DNA of 62,456 bases, filler included, from Actinomycetota bacterium (GTDB taxonomy: Bacteria; Actinomycetota; CADDZG01; JAHWKV01; JAOPZY01), in NCBI GenBank assembly GCA_025963875.1. It is 9 parts of 9 records of this genome, joined end to end, with 100 filler letters (N's around TTAATTAATTAA, not from the genome) between each part and the next. Parts side by side here need not be neighbours in the genome. Positions count along the whole stretch, not along the records: positions 1 to 13,330 come from JAOPZY010000163.1; positions 13,431 to 29,315 come from JAOPZY010000004.1; 7 more parts are not named here. One strand, 5' to 3'. Below, one piece after another: positions 12,011 through 20,986 of the stretch. The notes under the pieces are model-generated. The model did not search any database. It was not told the DNA's origin and saw nothing but the letters and a program-made list of their open reading frames with translations. The position numbers were made by a program, and so were the translations under genes. Position 1 is the first letter of the stretch; each line of letters opens with the position of its first letter.

Positions 12011-12925
12011 ATGCAGCCTTGGATGGCGCAGGCTACACGTCAGCATGGCGTCATCTCGGCGGCCGAACTCCGACGATTCGGACTCACGGAGAAGGCCATC
12101 AGATGGAGGGTTGAGACCGGGATCCTTCAACCGCTGTTCGTCGGTGTGTTCCTCGTCGGTGGCTCGCCCCGGACGTGGGAGCAGCGGATCACGGCAGCCG
12201 TCCGCTGGGGCGGGGACGGTGCCGTGGCTTCGTACAAATCGGCAGCGGCCCTTTGGAGGTTCGAAGGATTCGAGCCCGGCCCGCTGGAGATCTCGACCCT
12301 CAAACAGAACCGCCAGCGCCTCGGCTTCAAGGTGCACCGGACGCTGGTCGAGCCCGTGTTCATCACCACCAAAGCCGGCATTCCTGTCACCAGCCCCTCC
12401 CGCACGCTGCAGGACGTGGTGACCGTCGTCGACGAGCACCGTGGCAACCAGCTCTTCGACGAGCTGCTGCGCAAGGGCCTCGTCTCGATGGAGTCGCTCC
12501 AGCGCTACGTCGACCGGACCGAGTGCTCGGGCAACAAGGGTGTCGGGAAGCTACGGAGGATGGTGCGGCAGCGCAGCCCTGCCTACGAGCCGTCGGCCTC
12601 CGAGTTCCAGGCCCTGGTGCGACGGCTCCTGGCGGGGGCCGGCTTCGCATTCGTCGAGGAGTTTGTCGTCGTCGACAGCGACGGCACTTTCATCGGCCGG
12701 GCCGACTTCAAGTTGCTCGACGTCCCGGTGCTCGTCGAGGCGGAGGGCCGGGCCAACCACTCCTCGAAGGAGGACTTCGAGCACGACCTGAAACGGCGCA
12801 ACGGCTTCACGGCGGCGGGCTTCGCGACGGTCCACGTCACCTGGAACATGGCGCTGAACGATCCCGAGGTCTTCCTCGCCGAGGTGGAGCGGGCCCGGGA
12901 GAGTCAGCTCCGGCGGCGGGCGTAG
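12011..12925 (+). CDS. AbiEi-like N-terminal HTH plus DUF559/Vsr-like PD-(D/E)xK nuclease protein
   Basis: N-terminal ATRQHGVISAAELRRFGL (AbiEi_4-like), central GIPVTSPSRTLQD, and C-terminal RADF...VLVEAEG...H...DLKRRN...VHVTW. Confidence 0.75.
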   Translation: MQPWMAQATRQHGVISAAELRRFGLTEKAIRWRVETGILQPLFVGVFLVGGSPRTWEQRITAAVRWGGDGAVASYKSAAALWRFEGFEPGPLEISTLKQNRQRLGFKVHRTLVEPVFITTKAGIPVTSPSRTLQDVVTVVDEHRGNQLFDELLRKGLVSMESLQRYVDRTECSGNKGVGKLRRMVRQRSPAYEPSASEFQALVRRLLAGAGFAFVEEFVVVDSDGTFIGRADFKLLDVPVLVEAEGRANHSSKEDFEHDLKRRNGFTAAGFATVHVTWNMALNDPEVFLAEVERARESQLRRRA

Positions 12926-12978
12926 GCAGCGGCGGTACACTGGACCTCTTGACAACTGAATAGCGGTTGCTTCAACCA

Positions 12979-13330
12979 GGGGGCGAAATGGTTTCGAGGC
13001 CAGTATCGTGTCTGGTGGAAGCGGGCCGAGGTCCAGGTACCTCGTAAAACTGTCTGGAAAACTAACTTAAACGTCGCTGCCTAAGCGACTTCCCACCTCT
13101 AGATAGGTGGGCGTTCCACCCGGGAGTGCCTGCGGCCCGGGATGGGGCGTCGTGCAGCAGGATTACTCCGAGGCTCTCTGTTCGACGGACCTCGGGGGAA
13201 ATGAAGTCGGACTGGGCACCAGCAAGCTAGTTCGCGGCAACTGCTGGGCCGAGACAAGAAAGCGGACTACGCCCGTAGATGCCCCAGGTGTGAGCTGTTG
13301 CCGACCCGGGTTCAACTCCCGGCGCCTCCA
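12979..13330 (+). ncRNA. ssrA: tmRNA
   Basis: 5' GGGGGCG pairs with 3' CGCCTCC-A with G3:U. T-arm CCGGGTTCAACTCCCGG, pk1 at 13027-13058, and GCT GCC TAA within helix GTCGCT/AGCGAC. Located downstream of smpB. Confidence 0.95.
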
Positions 13331-13430
13331 NNNNNNNNNNNNNNNNNNNNNNNNNNNNNNNNNNNNNNNNNNNNTTAATTAATTAANNNNNNNNNNNNNN
13401 NNNNNNNNNNNNNNNNNNNNNNNNNNNNNN
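13331..13430. other. Artificial contig linker (N-TTAATTAATTAA-N). Identical linkers at 29316-29415, 34864-34963, 37639-37738, 41568-41667, 48778-48877, 55756-55855 and 59715-59814
   Basis: Identical 100-nt N-padded spacer with stops in all six frames. Genes are cut at each junction. Confidence 0.99.
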
Positions 13431-13578
13431 TCACGCCGTAGATCTGGCCCCGTTCCACGACCAGGCTCACACCGTCGACGGCGGTGATCGATGCTCCCCG
13501 CCGGCCCGCGAGCCGCGACGCAAAGCTCCCGGAGAGGTGGAAGGTCGTCCGGAGATCTTCGACCTGCAGGAAGCTCAT
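13431..13578 (-). CDS. Peptide ABC transporter ATPase (DppF/OppF-like), 5' fragment
   Basis: MSFLQVEDLRTTF...AVDGVSLVVERGQIYGV, cut by the contig end. Confidence 0.8.
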
Positions 13579-14579
13579 GGCACCTCCCCGACGAAAGGGA
13601 CCGGTGTGGGTCGTGACGCCTCGGGCACGTGGAGCCAGCACGCTGCGGTGCCGTCCCCGACCGCGACGGTCGGGGGCTCGACGCTGCGGCAGACGTCCAT
13701 GACGTGAGGGCACCGCGGATGGAAACGGCATCCCGGCGGAGGCTCGGCGAGATCGGGGGGTGACCCCGGGATCGACGACAGGGCCTCGGTGTCGAGATGG
13801 ATGACCGACGCCACCAGACCCTGGGTGTACGGATGCGCAGGGGTGGCCAGCACCTGCTCGACGCCGCCGACCTCGACGACCTTGGCGGCGTACATGACGG
13901 CCACCCGGTCGCAGATCTCTGCGACCGCCCCGATGTTGTGGGTGATCAGCAGGACCGCGATCCCCTGGTCGTCGGCCAGGCTTCGCAGGATCTCGAGGAT
14001 CTGGGCCTGGACCAGCGTGTCGAGTGCGGTCGTGGGCTCGTCGGCGACGACCAGGCGGGGTCGCAGCACGATGGCCAGGCCGATCATGATCCGCTGGCGC
14101 ATCCCGCCCGAGAACTCGTGGGGCCACTGGCGCGCCCGCCGTGGCGGTATGCCGAGCGACGCCAGCGTCTCGTGGCACATCCTCCGGGCCTCCCCTCTGG
14201 ACACCTCGTGGCGGTGGGCCACGATCATCTCGACGAACTGGTCCTCGACCCGCATCAACGGGTCGAGCCGGCTCATCGGCTCCTGGAAGATCAGGGAGAC
14301 CTTCTCGCCCCGCAGCTCCCGGAGCTCCGAGGCCGGCATGCCGACGACCTGCGCGCCGGCAACGCGGAGCTCCCCCTCCTCCCCCGCCCCCTCGGGCAGC
14401 AGGCCGAGGATCGCCCTGGCGACCGAGGACTTGCCGGAGCCCGACTCCCCCACGAGCCCGAGGCACTCCCCTGCCGCAACCGAGAGATCGACGCCGTCCA
14501 CGGCGACGAGGCGGCCCTTTGGCGTGGCGTACCACACCCGCAACCCCCGGGCCTCCAGTACGTGCCCGGGCTCCGTCAT
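13575..14579 (-). CDS. Peptide ABC transporter ATPase (DppD/OppD-like)
   Basis: GESGSGKS, FSGGMRQR, ADEPTTALD and C-terminal HPYT...GCRFHPRC. Confidence 0.93.
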   Translation of the reverse strand: MTEPGHVLEARGLRVWYATPKGRLVAVDGVDLSVAAGECLGLVGESGSGKSSVARAILGLLPEGAGEEGELRVAGAQVVGMPASELRELRGEKVSLIFQEPMSRLDPLMRVEDQFVEMIVAHRHEVSRGEARRMCHETLASLGIPPRRARQWPHEFSGGMRQRIMIGLAIVLRPRLVVADEPTTALDTLVQAQILEILRSLADDQGIAVLLITHNIGAVAEICDRVAVMYAAKVVEVGGVEQVLATPAHPYTQGLVASVIHLDTEALSSIPGSPPDLAEPPPGCRFHPRCPHVMDVCRSVEPPTVAVGDGTAACWLHVPEASRPTPVPFVGEVP

Positions 14580-15532
14580 TCGGTCCCGCCCTCGACCGGC
14601 ACGACGTCGGGCAACACGGTCGTCGCCGCATGCCTGCCGGCAGCGCCGCGACGGAACCCCCGCCGCCGCAGCAGGGGGTTGACGAGGTCGTTGATCCCTT
14701 CGCCCAGCAACGTCAGCCCGGTGGTCAGCCCCAGGATGGCGAGGCCCGGGAACAGCGAGGTCCACCAGAAGCCGCTGGCGGCGTCGCTGATCGCCTTCGA
14801 GATGTCGTAGCCCCACTCGGCAGACGGCACGTGGACCCCGTAGCCGAGGAAGCCGAGGGCCGCCAGGGTGAGGATGGCGTCGGCGGCGTTCAGGGTGAAG
14901 ATGACCGGGACCGACTGGATCACGTTCGGGAAGATGTAGCGGGCGATCGTCGTCGAGCGGCTGGCGCCGAGCGCCCGTGCCGCCTCGACGAACGTCTCCT
15001 CGCGCACCGACAGCGTGTGGTTGCGCACCACCCGGAAGTACTGGGGGACGTAGATCACCGAAATCGACAGCGCCGCAGCCGGCACGCCCTGGCCCACCCA
15101 CCGGCGGAGGGCGAAGGCTGCGACGATCGCCAGCAGCAGGCTCGGGAAGGCATACATGGCGTCGGTGACCATGACGAGGGCCCGGTCGAGCCGGCCCCCC
15201 GAGTAGCCGGCGACCAGGCCGAGCGGCACCCCGATGAACATGGCGACCACCGTCGACAGCACCACGACCTCGAAGGCCAGCCGGGCACCGAAGATCACCC
15301 GTGAGAACACGTCGTACCGGAGGTTCGTCGTGCCGAAGAGGTGCCGGGCCGACGGTGGCTGGAGCTGCGGGATCCCCTGGAACTGCGCCTCCCCGTAGGG
15401 CGCCAGGAGCGGGGCGAAGAGCGCCAGGACCACGAACACGAGGGTGATCACCGCCCCGGCGACGATGATGTGCCGGGCCGTCGGATGGGCCGACGCCCAA
15501 AGCGCCTTTAATTTCTGCCAGCGGCCGCTCAT
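14576..15532 (-). CDS. Peptide ABC transporter permease (DppC/OppC-like)
   Basis: HLFGT...DVFSRVIFGAR, EAA motif FVEAARALGAS, and AEWG. Confidence 0.93.
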   Translation of the reverse strand: MSGRWQKLKALWASAHPTARHIIVAGAVITLVFVVLALFAPLLAPYGEAQFQGIPQLQPPSARHLFGTTNLRYDVFSRVIFGARLAFEVVVLSTVVAMFIGVPLGLVAGYSGGRLDRALVMVTDAMYAFPSLLLAIVAAFALRRWVGQGVPAAALSISVIYVPQYFRVVRNHTLSVREETFVEAARALGASRSTTIARYIFPNVIQSVPVIFTLNAADAILTLAALGFLGYGVHVPSAEWGYDISKAISDAASGFWWTSLFPGLAILGLTTGLTLLGEGINDLVNPLLRRRGFRRGAAGRHAATTVLPDVVPVEGGTE

Positions 15533-16557
15533 CAGTACCGGATCCTCGGGTCCACCCACGCCGACACCACGTCGATGAGGAGGCTCACGACGACGACGAA
15601 GAGGGCGTAGAACGTGACGAGGCCCTGCACGCCGATGTAGTCGCGGTCCTGGAGGAACTGGTACAGCGACAGGCCGATCCCCGGCCACGTGAACGTCGTC
15701 TCGGTCAGCACGGCCCCCGACAGCAGGAGGGCGAACTGCAGGCCCACAATCGTCACCACCGGCACCAGGGCGTTGCGGAACGCGTGGCGCAGCACCACCT
15801 GCCGCTCGGGGATGCCGCGGGCACGGGCAGCCTCCACGTAGTCGGCCTTGAGCGTCTGGATCATGTTCACGCGGACGAGCCGGATGAAGATCCCTCCGAT
15901 CGCGACGCCGAGCGTGAACGCCGGCAGGGCGAGGTAGCGCAGGGCGCTGCCCAGGGCCGGCCAGTTGCCCGTGAGCAGCGCGTCGACGGTGTAGAGCCCG
16001 GTGATGGAGCGGGGCTCGGAGAAGGGGGCGATGCGCCCGCCGGTGGGGAACCATCCCAACTTCACTGCGAACAGGAGCTGCAGCATGATCCCGAGCCAGA
16101 AGATGGGCGCCGCATAGAGGAGGATTCCCAGGATCCGGCCCCCGACGTCCATCGGCGTGTCCCGGAACCGGGCCGACAGCGCCCCGATCCCGACGCCCAC
16201 GGCGATCGCCACCAGAAGCGCCGCCAGCGTCAGCTCGAGGGTTGCCGGGAAGCGGTCGGCGATCGTCGAGGAGACCGGCCGGTTCGTGGTGATGGCCTTG
16301 CCGAAGTCGCCGTGGACGACGTGGTCGAGGTAGTCGACGTACTGCCGCCACAGCGGCCGGTTGAGCCCGAGGGACCGCCGGATGGCGTCGGCCCGCGCCT
16401 CCGAGACCCGGTCACCCAGCGTCGCGGTGACGGGGTCCCCGGGCGCCACGCGCAGCAGGAGGAACGTGGTGGTCAGCAGGATGACCAGCATGGGCACGAC
16501 GAGGGCGAGGCGAGTGACGAAGTACCGCGCGAGCGAGCCGCCCGGTCCCCGGGCCAT
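15532..16557 (-). CDS. Peptide ABC transporter permease (DppB/OppB-like)
   Basis: APGDPV, RFPATLEL, DYVEAARARG, HAFRNAL and DPRIRY. Confidence 0.93.
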   Translation of the reverse strand: MARGPGGSLARYFVTRLALVVPMLVILLTTTFLLLRVAPGDPVTATLGDRVSEARADAIRRSLGLNRPLWRQYVDYLDHVVHGDFGKAITTNRPVSSTIADRFPATLELTLAALLVAIAVGVGIGALSARFRDTPMDVGGRILGILLYAAPIFWLGIMLQLLFAVKLGWFPTGGRIAPFSEPRSITGLYTVDALLTGNWPALGSALRYLALPAFTLGVAIGGIFIRLVRVNMIQTLKADYVEAARARGIPERQVVLRHAFRNALVPVVTIVGLQFALLLSGAVLTETTFTWPGIGLSLYQFLQDRDYIGVQGLVTFYALFVVVVSLLIDVVSAWVDPRIRY

Positions 16558-16590
16558 CAGCGACGGCGGGCAGACCCCGGCGTGGCCGGG

Positions 16591-18213
16591 TCAGCCCTTC
16601 TTTTCGAGCAGCCAGTACCGGAAGATCTGGATGGGATCGAGGACGATGCCCGAGACCTTGTCGCTCGACGAGGCGAACTGCGAGATCTGGAACACCGGAA
16701 CGTAGGGCGTCTGATCGGCCATGTAGCTCTGGGCCTGCTTGATGGTCATCGCCCGCTTCGTCGCATCGAGCTCCTTGGCCTGGGCTGCGACGAGCGACAG
16801 CATCTGGGGGTCGTTCCACTTCGCCGGGTCGAAGATCTTCGGGTCGGCGAACGGCGCGAGGTAGTCGTCCTCGTCGAGGTAGTCCGGATACCAGCCCATC
16901 AGGAAGACAGGCATCTCTCCCGCCTTGCGCTTCTGGCCGTACTCGGCCCACTCGACGTTGGAGATCTTGACGGTGAAGCGACCCGTCGCCTCCAGGGTAC
17001 GGGCGATCACCTGCGCCACCGACGCCTCGGTGTCGCCGTAGTGGGTCGGGCTGAACCAGAAGTCCACGTTCACCTTCTGGCCGGCCGGCACCCCTGCGGC
17101 CGTCAGGAAGGCGTCGACCTTCGCCGTGTCACCGCCGTTGCCGTAGAGGCTGGTCCAGGCGGGGTCATGCGTGGAGAACGTCGGCGGGATCATCGAGTCG
17201 AGGGGCTTCCCGGTCCCCTTCAGCACCTCGTTGACGACCGGCGTGCGGTCGAGGGCCGCGGCCAGGGCCTTGCGCATGTTCGGGTTGTTCCAAGGGGCGG
17301 TATTGACGTTGAAGACGATATAGCGGATGCCCGGGCCCTGGCCCTCGACGACCTTGAACCCGCTGGCGGTTCGGAACGAGGCGAGCTCGTCCGGCTGCAG
17401 CGAGCGGAACGCGATGTCGACCTCGTGGTTCTGCAGCGCGATCTTGAGCGCCGACGACTTGTCGAACAGGCGCACCAGGATCTTGTCGGTCTTCGGCTTG
17501 GTCCCCCAGTAGGTCGGGTTGGCCTGGAACTCGAGCGACTGCTTCTCCTTGTACGACACGAGCTTGTAGGGCCCGGTCCCGACGATGGTGTCGGTCTTGT
17601 ACTTCGCGACGACCGCGGCCCCCGCCTCGGTGCCGGACAGGACATTGCTCTTGTAGGCCGTGGGGCTGACGATGCTGGCCACCGAGTAGGCCAGCTTGGA
17701 GAGGAACGCCACGTCGGGCGCCGACAGCGTGACGACCACCGTGGTCGTCGAGGGGGTGGCGATATCCTTGATGCCGCTCAGGAGGAAGCCAGCAGACTCC
17801 GAGTCCTTGTCCCCGAAGGCCTTTGCCCGCTCCAGGGAGAACTTGACGGCCGCGGCGTCCATGTCCGTGCCGTCCTGGAACTTCACGCCGCTGCGGAGCT
17901 GGAAGGTGTAGGTGAGGCCGTCGGCGGAGACCACCGGGAGCGCCGCAGCGAGCAGGGCGGAGGGCTTGGAAGCGCTGGGGGCGTAGGTGACGAGGGTCTC
18001 TGCGGAGTTGAAGACCACCTCGCTGCCGAAGTAGTCGTAGGCCTCGGCGGGGTCGAAGCTGTTCTGCAGCGAGTCCGTGGTGCCGATGACGATGTTGCCT
18101 GCCGTGCCGCCACCGGCGTTCGTCGAGGTCGAGGATTTGCAGGAGGTGAAGACCAGCAGCAAGGCGCCGAGTAGTCCAAAGATCCGAAGGGCGGACGGAT
18201 TCGAGGATCGCAC
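16591..18213 (-). CDS. Peptide/nickel ABC substrate-binding lipoprotein (family 5)
   Basis: GTG 18213 with GGAGG RBS, lipobox FTSC, and motifs SADGLTYTFQLRSGVKFQDG and VGTGPY. Confidence 0.92.
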   Translation of the reverse strand: MRSSNPSALRIFGLLGALLLVFTSCKSSTSTNAGGGTAGNIVIGTTDSLQNSFDPAEAYDYFGSEVVFNSAETLVTYAPSASKPSALLAAALPVVSADGLTYTFQLRSGVKFQDGTDMDAAAVKFSLERAKAFGDKDSESAGFLLSGIKDIATPSTTTVVVTLSAPDVAFLSKLAYSVASIVSPTAYKSNVLSGTEAGAAVVAKYKTDTIVGTGPYKLVSYKEKQSLEFQANPTYWGTKPKTDKILVRLFDKSSALKIALQNHEVDIAFRSLQPDELASFRTASGFKVVEGQGPGIRYIVFNVNTAPWNNPNMRKALAAALDRTPVVNEVLKGTGKPLDSMIPPTFSTHDPAWTSLYGNGGDTAKVDAFLTAAGVPAGQKVNVDFWFSPTHYGDTEASVAQVIARTLEATGRFTVKISNVEWAEYGQKRKAGEMPVFLMGWYPDYLDEDDYLAPFADPKIFDPAKWNDPQMLSLVAAQAKELDATKRAMTIKQAQSYMADQTPYVPVFQISQFASSSDKVSGIVLDPIQIFRYWLLEKKG

Positions 18214-18443
18214 GCGGGCCTCCAATACACGAGTCCTGTGCCCCGGGCCCAGGCGCCCCTCAAGGCGCCGGATCAGGAAAGCGGCAGCCGGTCGGGCAAC
18301 CGGCCGCAAGATCTTACGCCCCGCCTTTGGCCCCCGCCGCCGCTGCCGCCCGTTGCGTGGCAAGGATCTGAGTTGGGATGTTCTGGCCCGACAGATTGGA
18401 GCCGACGGATGCTGATCCGAGGGTCGGGGCGACCCACCTAAAA

Positions 18444-19913
18444 CTAAAGGTCCGCAACGTTATCCGTGTCCAGCGCGGATAACGTTGCGGACTTCTCAAC
18501 GGGAGCCGGCGCCACCCCCTCAGCCGCCTCGACCAGATCCGCCAGGCTGCGGTGCAGGCCGGCGACCAGCTCCCCGGGGTCCTCGATCGAGTCGGCGAAC
18601 GACAGGAGCCCGAGCAGCAGGCGGCCCGCGTAGTCCCAGGCCACGATCGTCACCCCGACGCCGCCGTTGGGAGGCCCGGTGATGTACATCTCCTCAACCA
18701 CTGCCGACCCGAAGTGCCACGGCTCGGACGGCCCGCGGATGTTGGAGATCACGACGTTGGCGTCGAGCTTGGCCGGCGCCTTGCCGGTCTTGCGGCGGGC
18801 TGCCTGCATCCGGCGCACCGCGGGATCGCCGACCAGCGGCGGCAGGTATTCCAGCCAGTCCGGGAGAAGCTCCCTGCCGGCGAGGTCGAGGCAGTCCTTG
18901 GCCTCGCGCGTCACGGCGGCAATCGTCCGCAGGCGCGTCCAGGGATCGGCCACATCGGTGGCGAGCGACGTCGTCAGGCGGGAGAAGCGATTGCCTTCGG
19001 CACGGGCCGGCGCCTCCCGACCCTCCATCCCCACGGGCACGCTCGCCACGAGGGGGCGGTCGGGCAGCTCGCCGCGGGCTTCGAGGTACGACCGTAGGGC
19101 GCCGGCCACGACGGCCAGCACCACGTCGTTGACGGTGACGCCGGCGGCTTCCTTCACCCGCTTCACGTCCTCCAGCGACAGCCCCGTCCGGGCGTAGCGG
19201 CGGTCCGCGGTGAAGCCGCGGTTGATCCTGGACAGCGGCGTGTCGACGCCGGGCTCCGGAGCCTTGATCGCCGACTCCGAACGTCGCCGCTTGACGGCGG
19301 CAGCCCCCCGCCGCGTCCTGCCGACCAGGCCAGGGAGCCGCACCAGCACCCTGGCCTGGTGACCGAGGGCGCCGGCTATGAGCCGTACCCCGCCCGGAAC
19401 CCGGTCGGGGCACCAGGCGTCGCCGGGCTGAGGCTCGTCGCCGGGGGCGGAGAAGATCCGGGCCAGCGTCGCCAGCGTGGCGAAGCCGTCCATGAGGGCA
19501 TGGTGGATCTCCAGCACGAGGGCCTGGCGATCGCCTGCGAGGCCGTCGACCAGTGTCATCTGCCAGAGCGGGCGGCTCCGGTCGAGGCGTTGCTCCGCCA
19601 GCCGGGCACACAGCCCGTCGAGCTCGCCGTCACCCCCGGGCTCCGGCAGGAGGGCATGGCGGACATGGCGGCCCACGTCGAAACCCGGATCCTCGGCGAA
19701 GAGCGGATGGCTGAGCCCCAGCGGCACCGGGACCACCCGCCCGCGGAATGCCGGCAGCTCGTGGAGGCGAGCTGCCATGTGCCGCTGCACGTCCTCGACC
19801 CGCAGCGGTCCCGCCGGGCCGGGCCGGAGGATCGCCAGCACCAAGGTCTGCATGGGCTGCACCGGCACGTCCAGCAGCAGGAATCCGCCGTCCTGGCCGC
19901 TCAGCCGGCGCAT
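18444..19913 (-). CDS. Wax ester synthase/diacylglycerol acyltransferase (WS/DGAT)
   Basis: N-terminal RLSGQDGGFL, catalytic HHALMDG, VTVNDVVLA and ISNIRGP. Confidence 0.92.
   Translation of the reverse strand: MRRLSGQDGGFLLLDVPVQPMQTLVLAILRPGPAGPLRVEDVQRHMAARLHELPAFRGRVVPVPLGLSHPLFAEDPGFDVGRHVRHALLPEPGGDGELDGLCARLAEQRLDRSRPLWQMTLVDGLAGDRQALVLEIHHALMDGFATLATLARIFSAPGDEPQPGDAWCPDRVPGGVRLIAGALGHQARVLVRLPGLVGRTRRGAAAVKRRRSESAIKAPEPGVDTPLSRINRGFTADRRYARTGLSLEDVKRVKEAAGVTVNDVVLAVVAGALRSYLEARGELPDRPLVASVPVGMEGREAPARAEGNRFSRLTTSLATDVADPWTRLRTIAAVTREAKDCLDLAGRELLPDWLEYLPPLVGDPAVRRMQAARRKTGKAPAKLDANVVISNIRGPSEPWHFGSAVVEEMYITGPPNGGVGVTIVAWDYAGRLLLGLLSFADSIEDPGELVAGLHRSLADLVEAAEGVAPAPVEKSATLSALDTDNVADL
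18450..18492. repeat. Perfect 17-bp inverted repeat inside the 3' end of the WS/DGAT gene
   Basis: GTCCGCAACGTTATCCG (18450-18466) and CGGATAACGTTGCGGAC (18476-18492). Confidence 0.85.
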
Positions 19914-19932
19914 GGGCGATCCTCTTGCCGGC

Positions 19933-20475
19933 TCAGTTGGACGAAGGGTCGTCCGGCATCAACGACAGCATCCGGTACTCACCTCCCTTGCGGCGCAGCA
20001 CCGTCATCCAGAGCCGCTCCGGCTCGGACGTGAAGACGTCGTCGGGAAGCGCCGGCTCCACGATCCAGGCCGACTCCCCCATCTCCCCTTCGAGCTGGCC
20101 CGGTCCCCATCCCGAGTAGCCAGCGAAGACGCGTGCCCGGACAATGCCCTGCACGAGGACCGGGTCGAGGTCGGGGTCAGCGAAGCCGACAGCGCCGACC
20201 ACCGGCCGGTCGGCGAGGATCGAGTCCGTGAACTCGGCGAGGACAAGGACCGCCTCCGGCTGGACCGGGCCACCCATGAACAGCGGCGCCTCCGGCTCGA
20301 CCAACCCCGAGAGCAGTGGGGCTGCGTCCTGCACCCGGACCCTCGCCGGTCGGTTGAGCACGATGCCGAGCGCCCCTTCTTCCCCGTGTTCGGCGATCAG
20401 GACCACCGTGCGGCGGAAGTTGGGGTCGAAGAGGCCTCCTGCCGCCAGGAGCAGCGAGCCACGCAGCGTCTCCAT
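19933..20475 (-). CDS. YqgE/AlgH (DUF179) family protein
   Basis: DPNFRRTVVL, GALGIVLNRP, GGPV and FAGYSGWGPGQLEGE. Confidence 0.92.
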   Translation of the reverse strand: METLRGSLLLAAGGLFDPNFRRTVVLIAEHGEEGALGIVLNRPARVRVQDAAPLLSGLVEPEAPLFMGGPVQPEAVLVLAEFTDSILADRPVVGAVGFADPDLDPVLVQGIVRARVFAGYSGWGPGQLEGEMGESAWIVEPALPDDVFTSEPERLWMTVLRRKGGEYRMLSLMPDDPSSN

Positions 20476-20605
20476 GCAGGCATTCTGACAAACGCGCCAC
20501 GACGGCGTTTCCCGGCAGGCGCGCCGCCCGTCTCCCTGAGGTCAGTTCAGGCGGGCCCCGAGGTCCCCCGGAACCCCGGGAGGCCGCCCGAACTACCCCC
20601 CCGGG

Positions 20606-20887
20606 TTACGCCGAAGCCGCGGCTGCCGCGGTGGCGGCCTTGCGCCACTCGAATCGTGCCGCAGCGAAGGCGATGACCGTGACGACCACAGCGACGGCGA
20701 CAATGGTCCACTCCAGCGAGCCGCTGTGGTGGTCGGGATCGACCTTGAACACGATCTCGACCCAGTCCCTCCAGGCGAGGGTCAGGACGGCGAACACGGT
20801 GCTTGCCAGACCGAGCCCGAGCTCCGCCCAGAATCGTCCGTTGAGCCTTCCCCTGAGCGACAAACCCTTGCTTCCGGCGATACCCAT
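20606..20887 (-). CDS. Small two-TM hypothetical membrane protein
   Basis: GGAG RBS. Two hydrophobic helices flank DWVEIVFKVDPDHHSGSLEW. Confidence 0.65.
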   Translation of the reverse strand: MGIAGSKGLSLRGRLNGRFWAELGLGLASTVFAVLTLAWRDWVEIVFKVDPDHHSGSLEWTIVAVAVVVTVIAFAAARFEWRKAATAAAAASA

Positions 20888-20986
20888 TGCCCGACTCCGT
20901 TCCGTAGCGGTGACCTTGCAGTTCGTCTAGTAACTGTCCTATTTAGCCACTACCTGTCCAAAATGGCCAGTTAAACTTCTTTAATA

